Virus record (IMG/VR): IMGVR_UViG_3300032219_002227
Coordinates: 109,247 to 173,246 of that record
From: a virus
Taxonomy: Duplodnaviria; Caudoviricetes
Strand: one strand, 5' to 3'
DNA length: 64,000 nt
Positions 18,980 to 29,600 of this stretch are shown piece by piece. Under the pieces are notes generated by a model, which did not search any database, was not told the DNA's origin, and saw only the letters and a list, made by a program, of their open reading frames with translations. Each line of letters starts with the position of its first letter. The stretch's first letter is position 1. A program made the translations under genes and the position numbers.

Positions 18980-20602
18980 ATGGGCGCTCAAGCAATCAAT
19001 TTAAAAAGACTATGGGATGAATATTATGGCGACACGTCATATTTAAATCCTGTCAAATGTAATACACCATTTGAATATTACGACAATGATCCTGAGTTTG
19101 TTCGTGATGCAAAAAGCTGTACACGCTTTGTTGCACAACGATTAGGCGCTAGTGGATTAGGTCTTACACAACTTAATATTAGTGACCTTACAGTGTATGC
19201 TGCTTTTGAAGAAGCAGTTACTACATATGGTAACTTAGTTTATCAATATAAAATCAGAGACAGTTATATCAATATTGAAGGATCACCTTCAGCTCCATTT
19301 AATAACAATACTGTTACTTATGTTAATAGTATTGATATAAACGCACCAGTAACTTGGTCAAGAGCTAGATTAGCTACTTGGACTAATATAGACAATAATG
19401 CTGCATTCTCTCAGTCTATTGTTGATCAAAACATATATGTAATTTCAGCTTCAGTTTCTAATTTTGTTTTACCAAATGAAGATTATGTAAAATCACTTAC
19501 ATTTGCTACTGAATATTACGATTCAAGCTCATTACAAACTATTGATTTAAGTGCTTATGTTTATAATCAATTAAACAAAATAGGAGGTCCTACAAGCGGC
19601 TCTACTATTACTTCTGGTAATAGTTTTGTTTATGTATTTACTACTTCACCTCAAATAGCAGGTGGATCTGCAGTATTTGGTTCTGGATCTATTCCTACAG
19701 TTTATATTCAAGATAGTTTAGAACCTGAACTCAATAATAAAATATTAAGTAATAATTTAGCTACTTTAACTACTACTATTGCTGAAGACTATGCTGCAGA
19801 AGCTGGAGTAGGAGGATATTATAATGTTATAACAGGAGCTATACCAATGGAAAGAGGAGTTCAAGACTATGATTTAAATACTTGGGCCGCTCAATCAGCA
19901 TCATTAGAACCAGGCGATAGAATAGAAATTAGAAGAATATTTTATGAAGAACCACCTGCAATTGTTCGTTACTTTGACCCATATGCCGGTACAGGTACTG
20001 GTATTCAATCATTGCTTGAATCGTTTGGCTTCGGTCAATTCTCTCCTGGTATTAACTTCTTATTAATGCCTATTAACTTTGATGTACAAAAAATCCAAGC
20101 AATTGAATTTAATGATCAAATAAGAAAAGCAGCATATTCATTTAATTTAGTAAACAATAAATTAAAAATATTTCCTATACCTGGTAGGGATATGAATTTA
20201 TTTTTTGAATATGTAAAAATTAGTGATAAATTTAGCGTAATTAAGGATACTAGAAATAATGTTGTAACAGATATCATGAATGTACCTTATAGAAACCCAA
20301 TTTATTCTAAAATTAATACTGTAGGTAGAACTTGGATATTCAAATATACATTAGCTTTAAGTAGAGAAATTGAAGCACATATTCGTATTCAATTTGCTAA
20401 TGTTAATGTTCAAGGTGTAGGTTCACTTCAAGGATCTGAATTAGTAGCTGACGCTAGAACAGAAAAAGAACAATTAGTAACGGAGTTAAAGGAAATGTTA
20501 AATGAAACATCGCGTAAGGGACAATTAGAGCGTAAGCAACAAGAAGCCCAATTCCAGCGTGATACTTTACAACAAGTTCCTTTACCAATTTATATTTTCT
20601 AA
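18980..20602 (+). CDS. Neck/head-tail adaptor protein (gp13-like) with a Ser/Thr-rich insertion
   Basis: Synteny; RLGA N-terminus, NKLKIFP, WIFKYTLA, and a C-terminal helix ending PLPIYIF. Confidence 0.7.
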   Translation: MGAQAINLKRLWDEYYGDTSYLNPVKCNTPFEYYDNDPEFVRDAKSCTRFVAQRLGASGLGLTQLNISDLTVYAAFEEAVTTYGNLVYQYKIRDSYINIEGSPSAPFNNNTVTYVNSIDINAPVTWSRARLATWTNIDNNAAFSQSIVDQNIYVISASVSNFVLPNEDYVKSLTFATEYYDSSSLQTIDLSAYVYNQLNKIGGPTSGSTITSGNSFVYVFTTSPQIAGGSAVFGSGSIPTVYIQDSLEPELNNKILSNNLATLTTTIAEDYAAEAGVGGYYNVITGAIPMERGVQDYDLNTWAAQSASLEPGDRIEIRRIFYEEPPAIVRYFDPYAGTGTGIQSLLESFGFGQFSPGINFLLMPINFDVQKIQAIEFNDQIRKAAYSFNLVNNKLKIFPIPGRDMNLFFEYVKISDKFSVIKDTRNNVVTDIMNVPYRNPIYSKINTVGRTWIFKYTLALSREIEAHIRIQFANVNVQGVGSLQGSELVADARTEKEQLVTELKEMLNETSRKGQLERKQQEAQFQRDTLQQVPLPIYIF

Positions 20603-21213
20603 TGGGACAATTTAGAGGAGTACAACGATATATTAATTTAGGAGACTGTGCTCTAGCAGATTTCCCGGATAGTGCTCCGACTGCTTCAGCAACAAAACCA
20701 GGTGTTCCTTCTGCTCCTCCTGAACCACCACCTGGAAGTAAAGGTGAAGGTGGAGGGCCAAACAATTATATAGATCAAGCAGCACAAGCTGCAATCAACT
20801 ATTCTAATATGAAAGTTGGTTATTTTAAAATCGATTTGTATAAGACTAAAGTAAATATGTATGGTGAATCAATTGAAAAGTGGTACTATCTACCATTTGA
20901 AATTAAATGTATGATTGAAAGAGGTGATTTTGCCTATACAGACACTGAATATGGACCTGATGTTAATCAAAGTATAAAAGTAATTATACCTAAATTAAAT
21001 CTAATTGATTTAAATTTTACTCCTGAAGTAGGAGATATAATGACTGACCAAGAAAAATATTATGAAGTTCATACTGTAGATAGATCATTTATAACAATAC
21101 CAGGAAGTGGCTATGCAGGTTCTTCTTTAGGAACTCCAGGTCAAGTAGTACTATTTACATTGAATGCTCATCTAACAAGAACAACAAAACTTAACTTAAT
21201 TCAATATAGCTAA
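20602..21213 (+). CDS. Neck/head closure protein (gp14-like)
   Basis: NMYGESIEKWY and PEVGDI..YYEV motifs; Pro-rich N-terminus; follows the gp13-like gene. Confidence 0.65.
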   Translation: MGQFRGVQRYINLGDCALADFPDSAPTASATKPGVPSAPPEPPPGSKGEGGGPNNYIDQAAQAAINYSNMKVGYFKIDLYKTKVNMYGESIEKWYYLPFEIKCMIERGDFAYTDTEYGPDVNQSIKVIIPKLNLIDLNFTPEVGDIMTDQEKYYEVHTVDRSFITIPGSGYAGSSLGTPGQVVLFTLNAHLTRTTKLNLIQYS

Positions 21214-21554
21214 TGGGATTATTAGGTAAAATATTATTAAACGAAGGAATCACAGTTTTTAGATGTGATGTACTTATTAAAACATCTGCTGAACAAAATA
21301 AGGTAGAGATTTACAATGAGATCAGAGCTCTAGAAGGAGTAGTTGTTGTAACTATTCAGCAAAGTGATTTTTTAGATGCTAAAGCAACTGATAGATATGA
21401 ATATTCTTTACTTAAAATAAAATATATTGGTAGAGGAGACGCTAAAGGTTCGATTAAAGAAATTGGTATAGACGCTGTAACTAAAAATAAAATTTCTGGT
21501 TTATTACAGTTTATACCTCGTTATAATACTATTACTAAAGTTGGATCATACTAA
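21213..21554 (+). CDS. Hypothetical protein
   Basis: 113 aa coupled ORF starting LLGKILLNE. Confidence 0.6.
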   Translation: MGLLGKILLNEGITVFRCDVLIKTSAEQNKVEIYNEIRALEGVVVVTIQQSDFLDAKATDRYEYSLLKIKYIGRGDAKGSIKEIGIDAVTKNKISGLLQFIPRYNTITKVGSY

Positions 21555-21559
21555 TTATT

Positions 21560-21958
21560 ATGAAATTATTAGACCTTTTAAAAGAATTAGACAAACCAAA
21601 GAATATTTATGTTCCTGGTGCCGAAGAAGATAATGTAGTGAGTTCTAGTGGTAAACTTACAATAGCTGATTTAAGTCCTAAACAGCGTGATGAACTATTT
21701 AGTAAAGGATCTATTATGGTATCTGTTAAAGATCCTAGTCGTCCTGAAGTTACTAGTGCTTCTCAAGTAATTAATCTACCTAGAATTGATCAAATAAGAA
21801 AAGATGTAAATAAAAGTAAACAAGAATTTAATGTGTTTATGTATTCTTCAGATGAAAATCTAAAAAATGCAGCTAAACAAGTAAATAAAGCTCATAATGA
21901 TTTGCTTAACGCAATGAATGTTCTTGATAAAATGCTTAATCTTAAAAGAAAAGAGTAA
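21560..21958 (+). CDS. Hypothetical protein, putative internal head protein
   Basis: Starts MKLLDLLKE. Confidence 0.55.
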   Translation: MKLLDLLKELDKPKNIYVPGAEEDNVVSSSGKLTIADLSPKQRDELFSKGSIMVSVKDPSRPEVTSASQVINLPRIDQIRKDVNKSKQEFNVFMYSSDENLKNAAKQVNKAHNDLLNAMNVLDKMLNLKRKE

Positions 21959-21964
21959 AGTATA

Positions 21965-23203
21965 ATGAGAGAAAGAAAACCAATACCAAAAAATCAATCA
22001 GAAATAGTACAAGATACTATTCATCCTTATTATCAGAATAAACCGATTAGTCAAAATGTATTTACTCATCGTGAAAATAGAGCATTAAACATTACTCGCA
22101 AAACTGATAAGATAAAGGATATTACTATTGGTTTAGAGGATATTGATTATGCTTTAATGTATTATTTTCAAAATGTTATTAAACCGACCGTAATACAAGA
22201 TGGAAATAGACTAACAGTTCCTATAATGTATGGTTCTCCTGAACGTTGGCAATCAGTTCAAGCAGATGGATATTATAGAGATACAAATGGTAAAGCTATT
22301 TTTCCTCTTATAATGTTTAAAAGAAGCGGTATTGAAAAAAATAGAAATTTAGGTAATAAAATAGATGGTAACTTAGCTTCTTTATTTCAAGTATTTGAAT
22401 CTAGATACAACCAGAGAAATCAATACGATAATTTTTCTGTTTTAACAAACAGAATACCATCAAAACAATACTACGTTTCTGTAGTGCCTGATTATGTTAC
22501 TATAACGTACGAGTGTGTTTTATTAACAAATTTTGTTGAACAAAATAATAAATTAATTGAGGCAATTGAGTATGCTGCTGACTCGTATTGGGGTGACGCT
22601 AATAGATGGCAATTTAGAACATCATTAGATAGTTTTGGAGTAACTAATATTATTACTAATGGAGAAGATAGAGTATCATCCACTACTGTTAATTTAAAAG
22701 TAAATGGGTATCTTATAGCAGATAGTATCAATCAACATTTATCTGATACTAACATGCATTACTCTCCAGCTCAAATTAAATTTACATTTGAAACTAGTGA
22801 AGCTGATTTAGATACTTTAGTAACAGCTCCTGCTCCTAAAACAGCTATGGGTGCTACTTCATTTGCAGATTCATATAATACAAACGTAACTACTCAAACT
22901 ACAGTAGATGTAGATGCTGCTGTATTAGAATATTTAAATACTAGTATAACAAAATACGCTACTACTATTACTTCAAATACAGCTTTATTTGCAGGTACTT
23001 TCCGTACGGCTCCATCACCATTACCTGCCACTTCAGTGACTAATTTTACTTTTTTTGTAAATGGTCAGTTAGTAGATTATAATTCAATAACTAGCTTTAT
23101 TGATAATGGGAATGGAACTTGCTTATTAACAGTTAACACAGCTAATTTACAATATAGTCTCGAATCAGATGATCAAGTTATAGCAGTAGGTAAATTTGTA
23201 TAA
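21965..23203 (+). CDS. Tail terminator/sheath stabiliser (gp15-like) with C-terminal beta-rich extension
   Basis: VPIMYGSPERW, PLIMFKR, VPDYVTITY, NKLIE motifs; synteny. Confidence 0.65.
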   Translation: MRERKPIPKNQSEIVQDTIHPYYQNKPISQNVFTHRENRALNITRKTDKIKDITIGLEDIDYALMYYFQNVIKPTVIQDGNRLTVPIMYGSPERWQSVQADGYYRDTNGKAIFPLIMFKRSGIEKNRNLGNKIDGNLASLFQVFESRYNQRNQYDNFSVLTNRIPSKQYYVSVVPDYVTITYECVLLTNFVEQNNKLIEAIEYAADSYWGDANRWQFRTSLDSFGVTNIITNGEDRVSSTTVNLKVNGYLIADSINQHLSDTNMHYSPAQIKFTFETSEADLDTLVTAPAPKTAMGATSFADSYNTNVTTQTTVDVDAAVLEYLNTSITKYATTITSNTALFAGTFRTAPSPLPATSVTNFTFFVNGQLVDYNSITSFIDNGNGTCLLTVNTANLQYSLESDDQVIAVGKFV

Positions 23204-23205
23204 CA

Positions 23206-23421
23206 ATGGCACAACTAAAATTAAAACAAGTATATTCTAGCTTAGCCTACCTTAGCGGTTCTCTTATCGTTAGTAGTAGTGGTAATATTCCAGCTATAGT
23301 TGTATCTGGTTCAACTATTATTGCTTCTTCTCCTAATTCTACAGGTTCCCTTACAATTAATGGTGTAAATACTTTTGGGGACAGTACGGACTTCTTCGGA
23401 ATGGATTTAGGAAGCTACTAA
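23206..23421 (+). CDS. Small S/G-rich virion protein
   Basis: 71 aa with three (S/T)GS; ends MDLGSY. Confidence 0.6.
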   Translation: MAQLKLKQVYSSLAYLSGSLIVSSSGNIPAIVVSGSTIIASSPNSTGSLTINGVNTFGDSTDFFGMDLGSY

Positions 23422-23448
23422 TTACCCATGTTATAATATATTTATATG

Positions 23449-23487
23449 TAGGTTATATATATAACCTAGAACCATTAGTATATACTA
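23449..23487. repeat. Two perfect palindromes in a fibre-gene leader
   Basis: TAGGTTATATATATAACCTA (20 bp) and TAGTATATACTA (12 bp). Confidence 0.85.
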
Positions 23488-23494
23488 GACATAA

Positions 23495-24241
23495 ATGGCT
23501 AATCAATTTTTAAAATTACGCCGTAGTAGCGTACCCGGCAAAAGGCCTGATACAGGCTCCTTAGATTACGGTGAGATAGCTCTTAACACGTATGATGGTT
23601 TAGCCTTCATAAAAAAGTCTGGTTCTAATGGTGAAGAAATAGTTGCAATTGGTTCTACAGGTTCATTTACAGGTTCGTTTTTTGGGTCATTACAAGGTAC
23701 TTCGAGTTGGGCTACTAATGCTCTAACAGCATCTTCAGCTGATAATTTTACAGTAAGAGGTACATTAACTGCTCAAACTATAGTAGTACAAGTTATTACT
23801 TCATCAACTGAGTTTGTTACTGGATCTTTAATTGTAAGTGGTGCTTTAAATGTATTTGGTGGTATTACTGGTTCTTTAAATGGTACCGCTAGTTGGGCTA
23901 CTAATGCAATATCTGCATCTTATGTTCCTGCTTCTGCTATTGTCGGATTAAATCTATCTAGAATAACAACGGGCAGTATTACTGCTAGTGTAGATGTAGA
24001 TCCTAATAATTTATTTTTAATTAAATCAGGAAGTAACACTTATTTTAATATTGCTAATAATAGTAATATAACATTATATAGCAATCAATTCATCGTAAAA
24101 AATTTCACAACACAAGAACCTATTTTAACTATATCACAAAGTATAGTACAATTCGCAACTCAATCATTAAACCCTACTAACCCAGCAAAAGGTGGAGATG
24201 TTTGGTTTACTTCAACAGAATTGTATGTAGGTCTAAACTAG
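23495..24241 (+). CDS. Fibre protein with Mtd-N-like N-terminal domain
   Basis: LKLRRS..GKRP..L.YGEIALNTYDG N-terminus; carries the shared SSADNFTVRGTLTAQT module. Confidence 0.65.
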   Translation: MANQFLKLRRSSVPGKRPDTGSLDYGEIALNTYDGLAFIKKSGSNGEEIVAIGSTGSFTGSFFGSLQGTSSWATNALTASSADNFTVRGTLTAQTIVVQVITSSTEFVTGSLIVSGALNVFGGITGSLNGTASWATNAISASYVPASAIVGLNLSRITTGSITASVDVDPNNLFLIKSGSNTYFNIANNSNITLYSNQFIVKNFTTQEPILTISQSIVQFATQSLNPTNPAKGGDVWFTSTELYVGLN

Positions 24242-24280
24242 ATAATATTTATTAACGTACAAATCTAAAATAAAAGTATA

Positions 24281-26302
24281 ATGCCAACTTGGAAAAAAGT
24301 CATAGTCTCCGGCAGTCAAGCTGAGCTAGCTACATTAAAAGTAGATAATTTAGTAAATGGTATTGTAACCGGTAGTGCTAACGGATCACTAGGAATAGCC
24401 CCAGTAAATGGTACCGGTGCTGTTACATTGACAACAAACGCTACTGGATTAGTCCATTCTGGTTCATTTAGTGGCTCATTTAGTGGATTACTTATTACTG
24501 CTTTACCTGCAGCTAGCCAACCTAACTTTGTTGCCTATAATGTTTCTACTGGACAATTATCATATGCTGGTACTGGTTCATTTACAGCTGCAACAGCATC
24601 TTATATAACTTCTTCTAACGTTGATGGTCCTTTTGGACGTAATAGTATTTTAACTGCCTCATATGCTGTGTTTGCTACTTCAGCATCATATGCTATAAAT
24701 TCAGGCAACGCTCAAAGTGCTTCATTTGCAACAAATACAGTAAGTGCTTCTTATGCATTAAATGCAGGCAACGCTCAATCAGCATCATTTGCAACAAACG
24801 CAGGTAGTGCTTCATATGCACTTAATGCTGGTAATGCGCAAACAGCATCTTTCGCTACAAACGCAAATAGTGCCTCATACGCTGTAAATGCTGGTAATGC
24901 TCAAACCGCTTCATTTGCTACTAATGCTGGTGCTGCAGTAACTGCTCAAACAGCATCTTCAGCAGATAACTTTTTAGTTAGATCAAGTATTACAGCAACT
25001 GGCTCTTTCAACATATCAGGTAGTATTACTTCAACTGGTACTATTACCGCTCAAACACTTGTAGTTCAAACAATTACTTCAAGTGTTGATTTCGTAACTG
25101 GTTCAACTCGCTTTGGTACTTTAGCTTCTAATACACACTTATTTACAGGAAGTGTTAGCATCAGTGGTAGTTTGACCGTTCAAGGTGCTGTTAGTGCCTC
25201 TAGCTTTACAGGTAGTTTATTAGGTAATGTAACTAGTGCCTCATTTGCTACAACTGCTGTTTCATCTTCTTACTCATTAACAGCCACTTCAGCATCATAT
25301 GCTGTAAATGCTGGTAATGCAATTTCAGCTTCATTCTCTACTAATGCTGTTTCATCATCATACGCATTAAATGCAGGTAATGCTATTTCTGCTTCATTCT
25401 CAACAAACGCAGGAAGTGCATCATATGCTCTCAACGCAGGTAATGCAATTTCAGCTTCGTTTGCTACAAACGCAGGAAGTGCTTCATATGCTCTTAATGC
25501 AGGTAATGCTCAGAGTGCTTCATTTGCTACAAATGCTGCAAATGCTGCTACAGCGTCGTTTATCACATCTTCTAACGTAGTTGGTCCTAATGGTCCTAAC
25601 ACGATATTAAGTTCATCATTTGCTATAACAGCATCGTTTGCTCAAAACGGAGGTTCACTTACTAATGCCTTAACATTTGGTGTAGGCTTATCTGGTAGTG
25701 CTGCTTCATTTAATGGTGCTGCTGCAGTAACAGTTGCAATTTCAGGATCTAATTCCTTAACAACAGGTAACCATCCAAAATGGACAGGTACTGGATTCAC
25801 AAATAGTCTTATTAGTGATAACGGTACTACAGTTACTATTGCTTCTGGATCTACAATTACTGCTGGTGGATTAACAGTAACAGGTAATTCAACGTTTAAT
25901 AATAATGTAACTATAGCCGGTGACTTAGCAGTTAATGGTACTACAACATTTATTAATACTACTAATACTTTTATTAAAGATCAGTTTGTATTAATTAATA
26001 GTGGTTCTAATACATTAAGTGATGGTGGTATTATAGTACAATATAGTACTGGTTCTGGAGCTGGACCTGTAGGTTCTGCAATTTTCCTTGAATCAGCAGC
26101 AGCTGGAACTTTTGGAAGATGGGCAGTTGCTTATGGAGTAACTGGTTCTCAAACTGTAGTAGCTGCTGATGAATATATAGTAAGTACTATAATATCTGCT
26201 TCTTCCGCTTTACCAACAGCTCCAACTTGGGGTGGTGCTACAAACGGATTAGGTAACATGTTTATTAATAGTGTAAACGGTGATATATTTATTTATTCTT
26301 AG
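24281..26302 (+). CDS. Fibre protein (MPTWKKVIVSGS type) with x-Ala-x repeats
   Basis: 21 aa repeats such as NAQSASFATNAGSASYALNAG; beta-rich distal part. Confidence 0.7.
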   Translation: MPTWKKVIVSGSQAELATLKVDNLVNGIVTGSANGSLGIAPVNGTGAVTLTTNATGLVHSGSFSGSFSGLLITALPAASQPNFVAYNVSTGQLSYAGTGSFTAATASYITSSNVDGPFGRNSILTASYAVFATSASYAINSGNAQSASFATNTVSASYALNAGNAQSASFATNAGSASYALNAGNAQTASFATNANSASYAVNAGNAQTASFATNAGAAVTAQTASSADNFLVRSSITATGSFNISGSITSTGTITAQTLVVQTITSSVDFVTGSTRFGTLASNTHLFTGSVSISGSLTVQGAVSASSFTGSLLGNVTSASFATTAVSSSYSLTATSASYAVNAGNAISASFSTNAVSSSYALNAGNAISASFSTNAGSASYALNAGNAISASFATNAGSASYALNAGNAQSASFATNAANAATASFITSSNVVGPNGPNTILSSSFAITASFAQNGGSLTNALTFGVGLSGSAASFNGAAAVTVAISGSNSLTTGNHPKWTGTGFTNSLISDNGTTVTIASGSTITAGGLTVTGNSTFNNNVTIAGDLAVNGTTTFINTTNTFIKDQFVLINSGSNTLSDGGIIVQYSTGSGAGPVGSAIFLESAAAGTFGRWAVAYGVTGSQTVVAADEYIVSTIISASSALPTAPTWGGATNGLGNMFINSVNGDIFIYS

Positions 26303-26310
26303 TAAAATTT

Positions 26311-26544
26311 ATGTTTAATAAAATAAAAAAGTTTATGGGTTTCAGTTCAAAAAATATGGTTGTGACTAATGATAGTAATACTCAACAATCTCAAAATACT
26401 CCAGTTCCTCATAGCGAATTTTCGCTACAGGAACTGGAGATTCTTTTAATTGCTTTAAAAGAATGTAATCTAAAAGGATCACAAATTGAGTTATTTTACA
26501 ATTTAGTATTGAAAATACAAAATAAGTATTTAAGTCAAAAATAA
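26311..26544 (+). CDS. Small protein, possible fibre chaperone
   Basis: Short helical ORF between two fibre genes; the true start may be 26335. Confidence 0.5.
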   Translation: MFNKIKKFMGFSSKNMVVTNDSNTQQSQNTPVPHSEFSLQELEILLIALKECNLKGSQIELFYNLVLKIQNKYLSQK

Positions 26545-26569
26545 TTAAAAGAGGTTATATATTTATACC

Positions 26570-26648
26570 CACAACCATGTTGGCCCGAAAGGGAAGTAGG
26601 CATATACACGGCATAAGTGTATGTATCTAACCGCAGTATAAAGTTGTG
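26570..26648 (+). ncRNA. Candidate structured 5' leader RNA (multi-stem junction)
   Basis: CACAAC/GTTGTG outer stem, CCC-GAAA-GGG GNRA hairpin, and TAGGCATATACAC/GTGTATGTATCTA 12 bp stem; starts 4 nt after the ATATTTAT box. Confidence 0.55.
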
Positions 26649-26659
26649 AACAAATTAAT

Positions 26660-29600
26660 ATGCCAAACTGGAAAAAAGTCATTGTATCTGGCTCAAATGC
26701 TACTTTAAACTCTTTATTCGTTAGCACTAGTGTTACGGCTAGTATATTTTCTGGTTCGGCCTTTACAGGTTCATTATTTGGTACTGCAAGTTGGGCTAAT
26801 AATGCTACAACATCATCATTTGCAACAAATGCAGGAAGTGCATCTTATGCTCTTAATGCTGGCAACGCCCAATCCGCTTCATTCGCAGCAACCGCATCCT
26901 CAGCAGATAATTTCTTAGTTAGAGGCACGTTAACGGCTCAAACAATTGTAGCTCAAGTTATAACATCGTCTACTGATTTCGTAACTGGTTCTACTAGATT
27001 TGGTACATTACTTTCTAATACACATCAGTTTACTGGTAGTGTTAGTATTACGGGTAGCCTAGCAATGAATGGGGATATTAATGTAACACCAGATAAAATT
27101 ATATCTGCAGGAGGTAATGGCTCCGCTCAAGCTGGTGTTTCTATGTGGGGTACACAAAATGCTAGTCTTGGATGGGATGGATTTTTTGGTAGAAGTTTAT
27201 ATTATAGTGGATCTAACTATATATATTCATCAACAAATGCTGCTTCTTTATGGGGAACAGTAGCTGGAATTAGAGTTTTAGGATCAGTAGCAAGTGCTTT
27301 ACAATTTATAGCTAGACCGGCAACTGAACAAGGGTTAAACGTAACTGCTTCTGATATAGGTTCTTATACTAGAATGACTATATTATATGATGGTAATATT
27401 GGTATAGGTACAACATCACCAACAGCTACTCTTCATGTTTCTAACAGTACAACACCATCAGTTTTCCGAGTAGATACTGCTGGAGGAGTAGGAAGTTTAT
27501 TTGTTAGTGCAAGCAGTAATGTTGGTATAGGTACTACAACTCCATCAGCAAAACTAGATGTTAATGGTAATACTGTAATTACAGGTTCCCTTACAGTCAT
27601 CACAGGCAGTAATATTGAACTTCAAGTACTAAACACAGGAGTTAGAATAGGAAACATCATTACTGATGTTCACACCGTAACAGGTTCACTTGGCGTTAGT
27701 GGTAGTGTAACTGCAACCAATTTTACAGGTTCTCTCTTCGGTACCGCTAGTTGGGCTAATAATGTTGTAAGTTCATCTTATGCACTGAATGCAGGTAATG
27801 CTCAAACAGCTTCGTTTGCTATAACTGCTTCTTTTGCTTTAAATGGAGGTGGAGGCCCCTCAGGTCCATCATCCGGAGCAGCATACACACATACTCAAGC
27901 AGCACCTTCTACAACTTGGACTGTAGATCATAATTTAAATAATTCATATCCGGTAGTTACTGTTTATGATTTTAGCGGATTTGTAGTTGTTCCTTTAAAT
28001 ATATCTTCGTCAAATGTAAATAGAACAACAATAACTTTCTCTTATGGAGCAACAGGTTATGCTACTGCTGTAGCTGCTGGAGTATCAAATATTATTTCAG
28101 CATCGTTTGCTACCAATGCAGCAACTGCTCAAACTGCTTCATTCTTTGGTGGTTCTATTTCAAGTGCAGTATCAGCATCATATGCTTCCTCTTCTACTTC
28201 AGCATCATTTGCTACAAATGCTGTAACAGCTCAAACTGCTTCTTTCTTTAGTGGAACTGTTACATCAGCATCATATGCTCTTAATGCAGGTAATACTCAA
28301 ACTGCTTCATTTGCAACTAATGCAAACAGTGCTTCATATGCTTTGAATGCAGGTAATACTATCTCAGCATCATTCGCTACTAATACAAACAGTGCTTCAT
28401 ACGCATTAAATGCTGGTAATGCTCAATCAGCATCATTCGCTAATAATGCAGGTAGTGCTTCATATGCTCTGAATGCCGGTAATGCTCAATCATCATCGTT
28501 TGCAGCAACAGCCTCATCAGCAGATAACTTTACAGTTAGAGGTACATTAACTGCTCAAACTATTGTTGTTCAAACAATTACCTCAAGTACTGATTTTATA
28601 ACTGGATCAACTAGGTTTGGTACTTTGGCTTCTAATACTCATGTGTTTACAGGTAGCGTTAGTATTAGTGGCAGTCTTACCGTTCAGGGAGCAATTAGTG
28701 GTTCTAATATTACTGGTAGTCTTTTAGGAACAGCATCATACGCTAACAATGCTCTAAGTTCATCTTATGCAGTAAATTCCGGTAATACAATTTCCGCTTC
28801 ATTCTCAACAAATGCAGGTAGTTCATCATACGCTCTTAATGCTGGTAATACAATCTCAGCTTCGTTTACTACAAACGCAGGCAGTGCTTCATACGCATTG
28901 AATGCTGGAAATTCTATTACAGCATCGTTTGCAACAAATGCAAACAGTGCTTCATATGCATTGAATGCAGGTAATGCTCAAAGTGCTTCATTCGCTACAA
29001 ATGCAGCAAATGCCTTTATACAAAATGGTAATTCATTTGGTGCACAAGCATTACTTGGTACTAATGATGCTCAAAACTTAGCTTTCGAGACTAATGGTAC
29101 GATTAGGATGACTGTTGATTCTAATGGAAATGTTGGTATTGGAACTAATGTACCTACTAGATCATTAGATATTAGAGGTGCTGCAAGAATTGAAACTGCA
29201 AGTACTACTGAATTTGATTTTATTGGTGGGGGAGGTAATATACTTCGTATTTCATGTGGAGCAACCATACCATTTATTGGAACATTAACAAACGCACCCT
29301 TAGGCTTTTTTACTGGTGCAACTGAACGTGCACGTATTGATGCTAATGGAAACTTTGGTATAGGTACTACAGCTCCATCTGCTAGACTAGATGTTAGTGG
29401 TAGCACAGTAATTACAGGCTCACTTACAGTCATTACCGGTAGTAATATTGAACTTCAAGTACTAAATACAGGAGTAAGAATAGGAAATATTATTACTGAT
29501 GTTCATACTATAACAGGCTCACTCGGTATTAGCGGTAGTGTTACAGCAACTAATTTTACAGGTTCATTATTAGGCACTGCTTCATTTGCAACATCTGCTT

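Noticed and set aside
26570-26648. tRNA, hammerhead ribozyme or terminator identity for the structured leader
   Set aside because: No T-loop or anticodon cloverleaf, no CUGANGA core, and no U-tract after the stems.
24640-29020. CRISPR array or ice-nucleation protein suggested by the periodic repeats
   Set aside because: The repeats are in-frame coding units with synonymous variation and no unique spacers. They lack the AGYGST ice-nucleation consensus.
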